Of a stretch of DNA of 64,000 bases, positions 47,028-57,396 are shown piece after piece. The DNA is from a virus (Duplodnaviria > Caudoviricetes). The translations under genes were made by a program, and so were the position numbers. The stretch spans positions 38,258-102,257 of IMG/VR virus record IMGVR_UViG_3300020112_002303; one strand, 5' to 3'. Within the stretch, counting starts at the first letter, position 1, and the number at the start of each line of letters is the position of its first letter. The notes under the pieces are model-generated. The model ran no database searches, was not told the origin of the DNA, and worked only from the letters and a program-made list of their open reading frames with translations.

Positions 47028-47704
47028 TTTGTCGTTCCTTTCTTTGTTATATTTTTTACATTTGACTTTTGAGAAGTAAACATTACTTTTGCTGCGGCTT
47101 CTGAAACCATCATCAGTAATGAAAGCCCATAAACTTTTAATGTTGACTTTGTGGATTTAATTTCATATGGAGAAGACATTTCGCTTTCTATATATCTGCG
47201 TTTCTCTTGCGCATTTTTTTGCATCGTGAAAATGTCTTCATCAATTCCCGGAGAAGGAACTCCTGCCTTGCGAACAGATGCTGCCTTACCGTAAATCTGC
47301 TTAGCAAATTTAACATTCTTTTTGTTGTAACGCTTTTGGGCAAGTTCTTCTTTTTTAGATTCGATATAATCTTCATCATAAGTTACTGTTTCAACCGGTC
47401 TCGAATTATATGAAGAATATCTACTACCGTATCCGCTATATCTGCTTTCAGATGAAGAATATCGACTTTCTACTACCGGTTCTTCAGCTTTTGATGAATA
47501 TCGAGAACGAGAATCGGAGTTACTTTTTGCTCGACTTTCTATTTTGTCTACAGAAAGAATGTGATCCTTTTCTTCTTTAAGTGCCCTTTCAACTTCTTCA
47601 TTTTCTCTAAAAAGTGCGCTCGGATCTAAATTTGGCTTCTCTACGGTCGCAGTTACAGAACTCTCTCCAACAAACGAATCGAAGATTGCGCTAATATCAT
47701 CCAT
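47024..47704 (-). CDS. Hypothetical protein with SRYS repeats
   Basis: Start moved to ATG 47704; four SRYS units in a low-complexity linker. Confidence 0.55.
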   Translation of the reverse strand: MDDISAIFDSFVGESSVTATVEKPNLDPSALFRENEEVERALKEEKDHILSVDKIESRAKSNSDSRSRYSSKAEEPVVESRYSSSESRYSGYGSRYSSYNSRPVETVTYDEDYIESKKEELAQKRYNKKNVKFAKQIYGKAASVRKAGVPSPGIDEDIFTMQKNAQEKRRYIESEMSSPYEIKSTKSTLKVYGLSLLMMVSEAAAKVMFTSQKSNVKNITKKGTTK

Positions 47705-48458
47705 TGGCTTCACCGTCCTCGTCCTCAAGATTCTTATACCATGACGAGTCCTTAAGAGTGTCAAAGTCATTATTTATTTTTGCAATAATATCTCCGTTCT
47801 CTTCGCTAACATCAGGGTGATACTTCATTGATAAAAACTTCTTATATCTCTTAAAATCCTTTTTTGTTTTTATGAGCTTTAATTTCGGATATTTTGAAAA
47901 TAGCTTTTCCATTTTTTCCTTAACATCCTTTCTTATATTCTTATCGCTATCGCCGTTTTTATTAAAAAACATATCATAATATTCTTTAACATCTAAAACA
48001 GTCCTGACCATAAGCCTTTTGAACTCATTTAAGATATAAGTTCTTCTTTTTGCCGGAAGCTCCTCCAATTCTATTCTTTGGAACCCGTCAATATCTTGAA
48101 TATAAATTTCAACAGAACAATTAAGATTTAAAGCGAACATAGTTTGCTTCAAATACTTTTGTTCTTCTTGATCGAAGAATAAATATTTTGCTTTTTTTGA
48201 AACAAAAAATCTTTCAAATCTTCCTTCTCTTATTTCTGCGAATTCTTCCATTCTTTCCTTTAACGAATCGCATTCGAAGATTTCTTTTTTCTGTTCCATT
48301 ATATCTCCGATTTTAAATTTTTCTCCGTCTTCGGTAATCATATTTGCTAATCGCAACCCGACTGTAGGAGATACCATTAACATTAAATCCGAATCGTCGA
48401 AGGGAATAAGTCTTTCTGTAGGTAATCTTCTGATTCCTGCCGAAAATAACATTAGCAT
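47697..48458 (-). CDS. Protein with C-terminal J-domain-like segment
   Basis: KKFLSMKYHPDV...IAKINNDFDTLKD gives the HPD loop and helix III. Confidence 0.6.
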   Translation of the reverse strand: MLMLFSAGIRRLPTERLIPFDDSDLMLMVSPTVGLRLANMITEDGEKFKIGDIMEQKKEIFECDSLKERMEEFAEIREGRFERFFVSKKAKYLFFDQEEQKYLKQTMFALNLNCSVEIYIQDIDGFQRIELEELPAKRRTYILNEFKRLMVRTVLDVKEYYDMFFNKNGDSDKNIRKDVKEKMEKLFSKYPKLKLIKTKKDFKRYKKFLSMKYHPDVSEENGDIIAKINNDFDTLKDSSWYKNLEDEDGEANG

Positions 48459-48508
48459 TTTTTATTGCTCCTTTTACAAAAACAAAAAACTAAAAGGCAG
48501 TTTGCCTT

Positions 48509-48808
48509 TTAGTCTTCGTCTTCCTCTTCGTTATCGTCAATATCGATATCCTCATCATTTAACTCCTGATAAGTTTCACTGATATTGTTTTTTGTGTTTT
48601 TAAGTCTGCGTCCGATTTTACAAAAATCAAATGCTCCTTTTTTAGAACCGTCCTTTACTCCTGATGCGAGTACAAAACTGCCGATTGCTAATACGCCTAC
48701 GATTATTACATCTTTAGCTAATTCTAATACGGATGTGCCTACGCCTTTAATATCTCCGTTTTTCTCTTCGTTTTCTTTTATTGCCTTTGCGAAATTTTTA
48801 ACTTTCAT
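48509..48808 (-). CDS. Small membrane protein with acidic tail
   Basis: VIIVGVLAIGSFVLA; ends EDIDIDDNEEEDED; own promoter motif. Confidence 0.65.
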   Translation of the reverse strand: MKVKNFAKAIKENEEKNGDIKGVGTSVLELAKDVIIVGVLAIGSFVLASGVKDGSKKGAFDFCKIGRRLKNTKNNISETYQELNDEDIDIDDNEEEDED

Positions 48809-48855
48809 TTTGTCTTCCTAACCTTTCTATTTTTGTTTTTTGATTTGCCTTTTAG

Positions 48856-48874
48856 TTTTATTACTTATACGAGA
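48856..48874 (-). promoter_or_regulatory. Phage promoter motif TCTCGTATAAGTAATAAAA
   Basis: Exact copy. Confidence 0.7.
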
Positions 48875-48879
48875 ATGAT

Positions 48880-49077
48880 TTAAATTTCAAAATCATCATC
48901 ATCAACAACGAAGTCATCCTCTTCTTCTTCCGGCTCATTGACATTGAAATTCTCCGTTTTTTCATCGGCTTTTACGGGTTTTGAAACACAAGTTCCAACT
49001 AATACTGCGCCGATGAGAAGACATAAAGACCCAAGCCCCAATTCCTTTTTGTTGATTCTGCTAAATAACTTTTTCAT
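48880..49077 (-). CDS. Small membrane protein with acidic tail
   Basis: LGLGSLCLLIGAVLVG; ends EPEEEEDDFVVDDDDFEI; RBS GGAGG. Confidence 0.65.
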   Translation of the reverse strand: MKKLFSRINKKELGLGSLCLLIGAVLVGTCVSKPVKADEKTENFNVNEPEEEEDDFVVDDDDFEI

Positions 49078-49131
49078 TTTTTATTCCTCCAAATTAAAAA
49101 TTAAGAGAGACGATTTTTATTATCGTCTCTC

Positions 49132-49150
49132 TTTTATTACTTATACGAGA
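49132..49150 (-). promoter_or_regulatory. Phage promoter motif TCTCGTATAAGTAATAAAA followed by a 12-bp hairpin
   Basis: Exact copy, then AAGAGAGACGAT...ATCGTCTCTCTT. Confidence 0.7.
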
Positions 49151-49158
49151 TTTAGCGA

Positions 49159-49746
49159 TTATTCCCAACGCTCGAGAATAACCATCCATTGTGAGCTATA
49201 AACTCCATACCGACCCTCTATAGTATCAACAATATCTTCGTCGTTTCCTTTACTACAATCATAAGAGTAAATATTAAATTTTCCTTTTATTGATTGTATA
49301 AAAGATTTGTTATTCCACGCTTCCTCTACGGTACAATATGGGCCTTGATATTTTCCTGACTCTTTAATCAAAGATACAATGTCTTTATCTCTCTTATCCT
49401 TTTCAATGATAACAAGAGTTGTTGTTCCGTCTCCGCCTTTATTCGGAAGCGCAACCAAGAAATCCTTATTGCCCACTAAAACTGAGCCGATATCAGAATC
49501 GCAATTATAAATTTTTACATTCTTCATTGCTCTTTTATGTTTTTCGTGCTGAGACATGTCAACCTTACCGACAATATCGCTAAGCTCGATATCCTCATCA
49601 GGTTTTTCACTATCAATAGAAACGATCGTTCCGACAGCGTAACCGTAACGAGTGTTTACTGCGACAAGGTCTCCGACATCGTAATCCTCATAAGCCATAA
49701 AGGTATATCTTTTATCATTTTTAAGTTCTACCGATGCGTACTTCAT
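49159..49746 (-). CDS. Hypothetical protein
   Basis: Start moved to ATG 49746 (RBS AAAGGAG); KRYTF...VGDLVAVNTRYGY SH3-like N-terminus. Confidence 0.55.
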   Translation of the reverse strand: MKYASVELKNDKRYTFMAYEDYDVGDLVAVNTRYGYAVGTIVSIDSEKPDEDIELSDIVGKVDMSQHEKHKRAMKNVKIYNCDSDIGSVLVGNKDFLVALPNKGGDGTTTLVIIEKDKRDKDIVSLIKESGKYQGPYCTVEEAWNNKSFIQSIKGKFNIYSYDCSKGNDEDIVDTIEGRYGVYSSQWMVILERWE

Positions 49747-49747
49747 C

Positions 49748-49876
49748 TTATTCTCCTTTGATGTCGATACGGATGATTTTGCCGCATTTATAGACAGTAA
49801 CATTGCCTTTTTCAAGCTTATCTGCGATACCGGATTTAATTGTATCTATTGCTTTTTCTAACCAAATCATATCCAT
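49748..49876 (-). CDS. 42-aa hypothetical protein (not in ORF track)
   Basis: RBS AGGAGG; MDMIWLEKAIDTIKSGIADKLEKGNVTVYKCGKIIRIDIKGE fills the gap exactly. Confidence 0.6.
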   Translation of the reverse strand: MDMIWLEKAIDTIKSGIADKLEKGNVTVYKCGKIIRIDIKGE

Positions 49877-49887
49877 TTCATTTCCTC

Positions 49888-52800
49888 CTAAAATTCTGAT
49901 TCTTCGTCGTTAATATCTTCGACGATATTTTTTACCGATTCATCGAGCTGATTTTCTTTATTCTTCTTTTCTGCAATAAGTTCAGGGAACAATGTGGGAA
50001 CACTTATTTTATATACCCACATCCTTGGTCTGCTTACATAGTTTAATTCCTCAACAAGTTTAGTGTCAGATACCGATATGAATTTTCTACTAACATCTTC
50101 TTTGTTAAGATTAAATATATTCATTACCGTCTTATTGTTTTTGATTGTATAAGATTTGTTTTCAGGGCTCGACTCTTCTACGAAAGTCTTTATGTGTAGC
50201 GCATTGATTATAAATGTATATTTATTTTCGTCCCAAATTATCGGGGCAGTATACTTATGGAAATTAGTATTAGTAAACTGCTTATCTTTTTCTGGGACAA
50301 GGTCAAGAAATTCTCTTGCAATTTCATAAACAACATTCTTAATAATGCCTTCGGGTGTTCCATTCTCAACTGATTCCTTAAGAAACGCCAGTACTGTCGT
50401 ACAGAAATCGGTGAATGTCTTTTCATATGTACCAACGAGTTCATCTTCTTTATGCGCCTCGTTAGCAAGCATAAGACCTCTGATTTCTTCTTTGTCACAG
50501 AATTTTGCTACCGCTAAAATCGGTTGTAGAATTTGAGAAAGCCTTGAAGAAGACGAAAGTATAAATGCGCTTGAATATATTTCCGATACCTCTTTGAAAT
50601 GTACTAATGCGCATAATGCTAACTTTGATGTCATTTCTTCTCTTTCAGGCTGATGTGTGCTTAACCAGTCCTGTAAACTTTCTCTTCTGTTTCCTTTTGA
50701 TACATTGATTTTCGGTATCTTAATTTGAATACATCTATCCTCGATTACGTCATCAAGTCCGAAAATATTTGCGAATACTTTTGGGCCATACGCAGAATAA
50801 CTTTCTGTTCTGTTGCCTTGGTCTGTATTAGTTCGATAAATACGACCTTCTTTATAGTATCCGCCTTTCAAAATAGATGCCATTTTGCTGTCTTGGGATT
50901 TTGCTCTTGATGTAAGGTTTTCCATTTCATCAAGGATAAATGTTCCACCTTCAACAGAAACTGACCTGAATAATGCTGATTCGGAAATATCAACTGCGAA
51001 TTTACTGTTAAAAGCAAAGCAGTTTACTATGCCGGCAAGTGTAGATTTACCTGAACCTTTTTCACCGTTAAGATATAAATATGGAATTGATGAAAACAGT
51101 TCGTAGAAATATGTCATAAAGATATAAAGGGCAATAACGACATAATATCTATCGTCTGCAAAGTAATAAAACTTTTCAACATACTTAACCAATCTTCCGA
51201 TTAGATATGCCGGTTCAAGTTCGCTTGGATCAATTTCATCATTTCTGAACTTTTCAACCCAATAATCTTTCAATGACACGTTGGCGTTATCCGTGATTGC
51301 CGTTTCTATTTCGCAGGGCAACTCAAATTTACCGTCAATGAGTAATACGGCATTCGGGTCTGCCTTTTTAAATAAGTCTAACCTTATCAGTTCTCCGTCA
51401 GATCGAAGAAGGTACGGAAGTCTACGGAGTACGCCGTCGGTGTCGACTTTGTGGTAATTAAAATAAAAATAACCCTTGTTACCTTTTATATCAAAAGATT
51501 CGGCTAATTTCATTGTTACTATATCCGAAAATGATATTCCGGAGGATTCGACTTTAATATTGTTTCTTACCTTCAATATTTCGTCTATCATATCGGTAGT
51601 AGCTTTTGAATTACCAAGCATTTTTGTAATTATTTCGACTTTTGATTCTACTGCAGTATCTTGATTCATTAACTCTGCAAGTCTTTTTTCAATTTCCTGC
51701 TTCTTTAACGAAAAGCGATAAATTTTTACGAGGTCTTCGAATTCCAATGAATAAATCCCTCTATTGTAAAACCTATCTATCTCCTGCTGTAACTCAATTG
51801 CAAAATCTCTAAATTTCTTTGGGACTTTAGGCAACGCTTTGCTTTGAAGAATTTCTGTCATTCTATTATTTTCATAAATAGAAATGTCACCGATTAAACC
51901 CTGAGAATCTGATCTTTTTTGAATAACGAACACAATTTTCATATCTCTTGTAGATATACTCCATTCTGCGCCGTTCTTTTCTTTTATCTTGAATTTCAAG
52001 GTCGTCATTTCTTCTGCATTTGATACTAATGACAATATATCTTCCGGATTAGGACAATCCCTATAATATTCATCGATATCGTTATAAGTTGCATCAAATG
52101 TAATTCTTCTTACATCTTTGTCACAAAGAAAATCATTTAATTCATTTGTATACTCTACTCCTGCAGCATCGTTATCGAAACAACAATAAACAGTAGATTC
52201 CGCATTTTCGAGTATATATTTTTGTTTGTTGGAATCACCCCTAAAGTTTCCTCCGGCACAACAGACATTTTCATATCCTTGTTCCATAAGAGCCATTAGG
52301 TCGTGTTCACCCTCAACAACAATAAAAGGTTCTGAGAACGAAAATTTCGGAGTATATAAAAACACTTTGCTGAATGCGGAAAAACCCTTGATGATGTCGC
52401 CGGTGGTGTATGTTCCGTCGGCTTCCATTTTTCTTTTTCTTATATTAAAAGGATTTTTCGTATTAATTCTTGTTATATATCCGGAATAAGGATCTTTGTA
52501 ATAAAATACAAACAATCCCGGATAGCAGAAAATCTTCGCATCTTTTATTTCTTCATCTGTATAACCTTTTTGATAAAGTAGACTTGTTAACGCTGAACGA
52601 TTATTAACAAATCCGACCTTCATCTCTTTTAATGTTTGCTCGCTTCTTCTTCGAATTCTCATCATATATTCAAGCGGGGTATATGACTTTCCGTCCTCAA
52701 ACATATAATTAGTCTTACATGTCATCAGTTGTTTGTGGTCATATTCTTCTGCTAAGAATAATATTTCTTGTCTCCGTTTGAATCGCTCGTATTCGGCTTT

Positions 52801-53133
52801 TTCTTGTGGTGTCATTGATGGTAATTCAATCTTTGTAAAATCTCGGAGTTTTTCTCTTGCTCGAGGTTCTTTCAATTTCAGCTTTTCTTCTGCATATTTA
52901 AAGTAAGCCTTGACATGACTTCCTTTCCATCCGCAATTTCCGCTAAAACAGTTAACTCCTATATCCGTTATAGTGCAACAGTCATTATGTCCACACATAG
53001 GGCACGGATTTAATCGGTATCCTGATGAATCGCCTAATGCACGCACTTCGCCTCCGTACATTGTTTCGTAGAATTCTTCGAGTTTATTGACAATACAGTC
53101 ATTTACGGCTTTTTGCCATTCATAAATAGTCAT
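49888..53133 (-). CDS. DnaG-type primase fused to a P-loop ATPase/helicase domain
   Basis: Zn finger CPMCGH...CFSGNC; TOPRIM VVEGEHD, FDNDAAG, NDIDE; Walker A GEKGSGKST, Walker B ILDEME. Confidence 0.85.
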   Translation of the reverse strand: MTIYEWQKAVNDCIVNKLEEFYETMYGGEVRALGDSSGYRLNPCPMCGHNDCCTITDIGVNCFSGNCGWKGSHVKAYFKYAEEKLKLKEPRAREKLRDFTKIELPSMTPQEKAEYERFKRRQEILFLAEEYDHKQLMTCKTNYMFEDGKSYTPLEYMMRIRRRSEQTLKEMKVGFVNNRSALTSLLYQKGYTDEEIKDAKIFCYPGLFVFYYKDPYSGYITRINTKNPFNIRKRKMEADGTYTTGDIIKGFSAFSKVFLYTPKFSFSEPFIVVEGEHDLMALMEQGYENVCCAGGNFRGDSNKQKYILENAESTVYCCFDNDAAGVEYTNELNDFLCDKDVRRITFDATYNDIDEYYRDCPNPEDILSLVSNAEEMTTLKFKIKEKNGAEWSISTRDMKIVFVIQKRSDSQGLIGDISIYENNRMTEILQSKALPKVPKKFRDFAIELQQEIDRFYNRGIYSLEFEDLVKIYRFSLKKQEIEKRLAELMNQDTAVESKVEIITKMLGNSKATTDMIDEILKVRNNIKVESSGISFSDIVTMKLAESFDIKGNKGYFYFNYHKVDTDGVLRRLPYLLRSDGELIRLDLFKKADPNAVLLIDGKFELPCEIETAITDNANVSLKDYWVEKFRNDEIDPSELEPAYLIGRLVKYVEKFYYFADDRYYVVIALYIFMTYFYELFSSIPYLYLNGEKGSGKSTLAGIVNCFAFNSKFAVDISESALFRSVSVEGGTFILDEMENLTSRAKSQDSKMASILKGGYYKEGRIYRTNTDQGNRTESYSAYGPKVFANIFGLDDVIEDRCIQIKIPKINVSKGNRRESLQDWLSTHQPEREEMTSKLALCALVHFKEVSEIYSSAFILSSSSRLSQILQPILAVAKFCDKEEIRGLMLANEAHKEDELVGTYEKTFTDFCTTVLAFLKESVENGTPEGIIKNVVYEIAREFLDLVPEKDKQFTNTNFHKYTAPIIWDENKYTFIINALHIKTFVEESSPENKSYTIKNNKTVMNIFNLNKEDVSRKFISVSDTKLVEELNYVSRPRMWVYKISVPTLFPELIAEKKNKENQLDESVKNIVEDINDEESEF

Positions 53134-53180
53134 TTACTTTTCCTCGAATCTGTGTTGGTTTTGTTGGTTTGGGTTTTTTA

Positions 53181-53209
53181 ATTGTATCACTTCATTTCGT
53201 TTTTGTCTA
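53181..53209 (-). promoter_or_regulatory. sigmaA-type promoter TAGACA-17-TACAAT (TG extension) for primase
   Basis: Read directly from the sequence. Confidence 0.55.
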
Positions 53210-53220
53210 TAACAAAAATT

Positions 53221-53841
53221 CTAATCGTCACAATCCTGCTGTCCCAAACCGTCATTATAATAGATGAAAAATTTCCTCGAATCACACGAAGATAGCAGTA
53301 ATATTCCATCTTTTCGTTGAATTCCTGTAACAGTAAATTGGTCAGAAAAAAAGTATTTTAATGCCATATATAAATATTCTGTGTTGACTTTAAAATCGGT
53401 CTTATTCGGTTTCCCTATATCAGAAACTTTAATGTTCTGCAATCTTGACCTCGATTTCGCAGGATATACTTCAAGCGTTAATGGCTCACCATAAAATTCC
53501 GAAATCGTTTTTCTTCTTTTTGCTATTGAGTTATAGGCGTTCTCTACTTCTGAAATAAATTTCATAGAATCTATTTCAAACACATTGTTTTTTTCTTTTA
53601 TAGCATCTCCCCTTGTTAGTGATAATAAATCGTTTTCTTTTCCGTCTATTATTTTTTCTTCATTGTAATCAAAATAGACAGGGTCTTCTATAACAACATC
53701 ATCAGTTATAATTACTGACGATATAAAGGCGTCTGGCTCGTAAATATACGCATACATTTTTTCAAACCAAACACCTTTATTTTTTACATTTTCATCTTTC
53801 AAAAAATGATATAACATTACTGCATCGACTCGACTTTTCAT
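53221..53841 (-). CDS. Hypothetical protein, possibly a degenerate sliding-clamp-like domain
   Basis: C-terminal FKVNTEYLYMALKYF..DQFTV...ILLL resembles the last DnaN module. Confidence 0.35.
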   Translation of the reverse strand: MKSRVDAVMLYHFLKDENVKNKGVWFEKMYAYIYEPDAFISSVIITDDVVIEDPVYFDYNEEKIIDGKENDLLSLTRGDAIKEKNNVFEIDSMKFISEVENAYNSIAKRRKTISEFYGEPLTLEVYPAKSRSRLQNIKVSDIGKPNKTDFKVNTEYLYMALKYFFSDQFTVTGIQRKDGILLLSSCDSRKFFIYYNDGLGQQDCDD

Positions 53842-54101
53842 ATTAGCCCACCGTCCTTTATCATTTTTATTTCACTTAATTTAGGAAATAATTCTGACTG
53901 GGCAGAAAAGTGCTTTTTTCCGCAATAATCAACACAACATCTTTCTTTTTCAAAGAAATCAAAAACCCGTTCTTCTGTTATTTTTTCATTTTCCGAAAGA
54001 AGCTTATTTTTGATTGCAACTATATTCGGAATATCTATACTTGATAGCATAGTTTCTGTATAGCACTTAATCAATTTCTCCGATAAGTCTTCGTGTTCCA
54101 T
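53838..54101 (-). CDS. Hypothetical protein
   Basis: Start moved to ATG 54101; coupled operon. Confidence 0.5.
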   Translation of the reverse strand: MEHEDLSEKLIKCYTETMLSSIDIPNIVAIKNKLLSENEKITEERVFDFFEKERCCVDYCGKKHFSAQSELFPKLSEIKMIKDGGLI

Positions 54102-54492
54102 TCTTATCCTCTCTTTCCATAAAATCAAACAATACACCCTGACAACTGTTTATTACATTTTCATTAGTATCTATATATATAGAATTACTTTTGTCTAACA
54201 TTATCATCAGGGTAGTTTCATCCAAATGTCTTGTATAATCCCAAGATGAAGATTGGCAACAATAAATATAATCGATACCGCTGTATTGAACATCAAATTC
54301 ATCTAAACCGTATTCATAAAAATAATTAAACGCAACTTCATTAAATACTTCCATCATTTCGTATATTTCCGGAGCATTATTATGCCAAAACGAATTCATA
54401 TAAACTTCTTTTATTAATACTCTATTCAGATTTTCGTTTTCGCATAAAGATATTATAGGGTCAAGTGAAGAAATTGACATTTTATATTCCAC
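54067..54492 (-). CDS. Acidic hypothetical protein
   Basis: Coupled operon ORF. Confidence 0.5.
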   Translation of the reverse strand: MEYKMSISSLDPIISLCENENLNRVLIKEVYMNSFWHNNAPEIYEMMEVFNEVAFNYFYEYGLDEFDVQYSGIDYIYCCQSSSWDYTRHLDETTLMIMLDKSNSIYIDTNENVINSCQGVLFDFMEREDKNGTRRLIGEID

Positions 54493-55156
54493 CTAACATA
54501 TAACTATTTTTTCGAGAAGAACTAACAAAAGGACTGATCCTTAATTCCGGAAACATTATACTTTGACAGTCGTTTTCTACTAAAATTCTTCTTCCGTAAT
54601 ACATTTCATATTCTATCATTGTTCTGTATTCTTGGTTTTGAATTGATGAAGTCGTTATTATTACTGCGCAACCTTCTTCTTTCAAAATAGACAAAATATA
54701 TCTGTCAGAAACTTCGCCTACATATTCGTCTGAATTTTCTTCTACATAGTAATCTTCAGCCTCATAAGCGATTTCTCTTATTTCTGATATACCACGAATG
54801 ATTTCTTGTATCTGTTCATCGGTAAGACTATAAGCATCATCTATTTCTAATTCTTCTTGGAAATCTTCGTTTATAAGAAATCTGACTTGTTCATATAGCT
54901 CTGTTTTTTCGTATAGAGCCATAATATACGGACGAATTTTAGTATAAACATTTTTCTTTACGCATTCTACTATTTCTGAAAAAATAGGAATTGAATTTCT
55001 TTTTTCAATAAGACATTTGTAGATTTCACATATTGTTTCTCTATGAATTAACATTTGAGATGAATATTGTTCTGCTGGAATCAGTTTTTCTGCCGTCTTT
55101 TCTAATTCGTCATACAAGTCATCTTTTTCCTTGCTTTTTAATGCAATTAAATCCAT
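54482..55156 (-). CDS. Acidic hypothetical protein
   Basis: RBS AGGAG; coupled operon ORF. Confidence 0.55.
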   Translation of the reverse strand: MDLIALKSKEKDDLYDELEKTAEKLIPAEQYSSQMLIHRETICEIYKCLIEKRNSIPIFSEIVECVKKNVYTKIRPYIMALYEKTELYEQVRFLINEDFQEELEIDDAYSLTDEQIQEIIRGISEIREIAYEAEDYYVEENSDEYVGEVSDRYILSILKEEGCAVIITTSSIQNQEYRTMIEYEMYYGRRILVENDCQSIMFPELRISPFVSSSRKNSYMLGGI

Positions 55157-55165
55157 AGTTATCTC

Positions 55166-55855
55166 CTATTCAAGATAAAGTGTGTTATATTTTTGTGGTT
55201 CATTTTCTTTCGTATCAAATAGCGGAAATACTATAACTTCATTTCCTCGTCTGCAGGCGATATTGTTTCCTAACAATTCCGTAAACAATAATCCTTGACA
55301 AGTTGATGATGTCATTGTGTGTTTATTTTTTCGGCAATCGGCTACAATATCTTCATCGATTTGTCCTTCTAAATGCCAAGACATACTTATTTCTTGATCC
55401 AAATCTATCATATCTACAGCATTATGAGTAACTTCCAAGCAAGTCAATATTGAACCTGCTACATCAAGAGATTCAGGGTAATATGAAGAGTATGAGAATT
55501 CCTGTTCCTCTATGCAACAGTACTCGTCTTCTGTTAGCATTTCAAATTCTTCTGTGTCAATATCTACATTCGGATTATTACATATAGCCCTTAAAATCGC
55601 AAGTTGATACCAATCATTTCTGATGTCATCCCACCAACCCTCATACAAAATATATGCACTTGGTAACGACTTATACTCTTTATCTTTTATTAACGCATTT
55701 TTGTATGCGCTTAAAATATATTCTGCAGAAACAGCACTTTTTTGTAAATCTGATTCATCATAAAAAATATCAGGATAAATAAGCCCGTCGATGATGTTTT
55801 GTTCTTTTCTCGCGTATTCATCCTTATCATCGATGTAAATAAGTTCTTTGCTCAT
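55166..55855 (-). CDS. Acidic hypothetical protein
   Basis: RBS GAAAGGA; operon ORF. Confidence 0.55.
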   Translation of the reverse strand: MSKELIYIDDKDEYARKEQNIIDGLIYPDIFYDESDLQKSAVSAEYILSAYKNALIKDKEYKSLPSAYILYEGWWDDIRNDWYQLAILRAICNNPNVDIDTEEFEMLTEDEYCCIEEQEFSYSSYYPESLDVAGSILTCLEVTHNAVDMIDLDQEISMSWHLEGQIDEDIVADCRKNKHTMTSSTCQGLLFTELLGNNIACRRGNEVIVFPLFDTKENEPQKYNTLYLE

Positions 55856-55869
55856 TATATTTTTCCTTT

Positions 55870-56301
55870 CTAAAGTAATTCTTCAAATAATATAGATTGC
55901 TCCTGTTTAACCCATAATATTTCATTTTTATCCCATAAATCGGACATTTCTTCAATTAAGTTTTCAGTGTTCGTTTCAACTTTTTGTTCTATGTCCCTTA
56001 AGTATAACAATTCCATATCTTGTGCTTCATCGCAATCGTACATAAACATTATTGTGTATTCATCAATCATCGCTTTATTTTCAGAATTAATTGTATCAGA
56101 AATAATAGAAGGCAACATCCGCCTCGAATATTTTTCTTTCCATTCTCTGTAGTAATATTCTACTGTTTTCATGAAAATATTCATATTGTAGGGTGTTGCC
56201 AAATAATTGTTTATGAGACGGTCAAACTCTCTAAGCCTATCTTCTGATAAACATATAGGTTTAGAGAGTAATCTCACGTCTCTTTCTATGAGAAGATTCA
56301 T
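55870..56301 (-). CDS. Acidic hypothetical protein
   Basis: Operon ORF. Confidence 0.55.
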   Translation of the reverse strand: MNLLIERDVRLLSKPICLSEDRLREFDRLINNYLATPYNMNIFMKTVEYYYREWKEKYSRRMLPSIISDTINSENKAMIDEYTIMFMYDCDEAQDMELLYLRDIEQKVETNTENLIEEMSDLWDKNEILWVKQEQSILFEELL

Positions 56302-56307
56302 ATAGTA

Positions 56308-57357
56308 TCATCCCCTTTGATACCCTGAAATTGAATATGCAAGTCCTGCGATTGCAACTTCAATTTCAACATCTTCCTCGAATTTCTTTTTACTTCTAAT
56401 GATTGCTAATAGGTTTTCGATAGGCTGATCAGTAAATTTATTCTCGTCCTCAAGAACTTTTCCGTTTCCGTCACAAATAAGTTTCGGTCCCATATTTCCG
56501 CCTTTTACAGTATTGAAAACCTTTACTTCTGCAACTTCCGGAGCAGGAATATACAAATCAAAATATTCTGTTTCATTGACTGTAAAGATTTTTAATATGT
56601 CGTGCAACATATTTGTGCTTAAATGTAATGGTGACATATTAAATCCGGCATATGTTACAACACTATTTGTATTTTCAGTATATTCCATTGGAATTGTTTC
56701 GGTTGTAAAGTTTTCCGGTTTTGGTTCCCAAACACCTGAAGATTTAAGTATTCCTACTTGAACTAATCCTTGTTCTTTAAGAACCGTAACCTTAACCCCG
56801 TCATTTGTTATAACCGGTTTTGTTACTTTGTACGGAACGCCGATTTTTATCTTCTCCGCCGGTACATAAGAATCTTCTGAAAATACCACGCGTGCGCCGT
56901 TCTGTGCAGTTGCTACCGGTATACCATTCTCTCTTGCAGAAAAAATAACAGGAAACTCGCCTTCATCAAAAGGAGTTCTGTTAATAATTACTCTGCTCTT
57001 AACCTTATCATCTGGTGACAATCTCTCAAATTTTCCGAGCATATTCTGTAAATTTATGCTTGTCTTTGATAACACTTTATCCGTGTCCAAAATTTTTGTA
57101 CAATCATTAAGATTCATTGGATACGGATATCCTTTTGTAAATTTCTCTGATACTAAATTAAAAAATGTGTCTGGTTCAATTTCCGGGGTTTCTAAATTTT
57201 TAATGCGCAAAACAAAAAATGGGGACATTACAATAATATCTCCGTTTCCTGCCTTATAAAATCCCCAATATTGAGGGAGTACCGGACTATTATAGTCGTG
57301 ACATAATTTCATTAAAATAGCCCTTAGATCTGCTGTGTTCATTTTCATCTTTTCCAT
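56308..57357 (-). CDS. Hypothetical protein, possibly a divergent sliding-clamp-like protein
   Basis: Start moved to ATG 57357; SPVL, KGYPYP...TSINLQNMLGKFERL and LHLSTNMLHDILKIF loosely follow DnaN domains II-III. Confidence 0.35.
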   Translation of the reverse strand: MEKMKMNTADLRAILMKLCHDYNSPVLPQYWGFYKAGNGDIIVMSPFFVLRIKNLETPEIEPDTFFNLVSEKFTKGYPYPMNLNDCTKILDTDKVLSKTSINLQNMLGKFERLSPDDKVKSRVIINRTPFDEGEFPVIFSARENGIPVATAQNGARVVFSEDSYVPAEKIKIGVPYKVTKPVITNDGVKVTVLKEQGLVQVGILKSSGVWEPKPENFTTETIPMEYTENTNSVVTYAGFNMSPLHLSTNMLHDILKIFTVNETEYFDLYIPAPEVAEVKVFNTVKGGNMGPKLICDGNGKVLEDENKFTDQPIENLLAIIRSKKKFEEDVEIEVAIAGLAYSISGYQRG

Positions 57358-57396
57358 TTTTATTTTTCCTTTCAGTAATAAAATAAGAGAAAAGAA

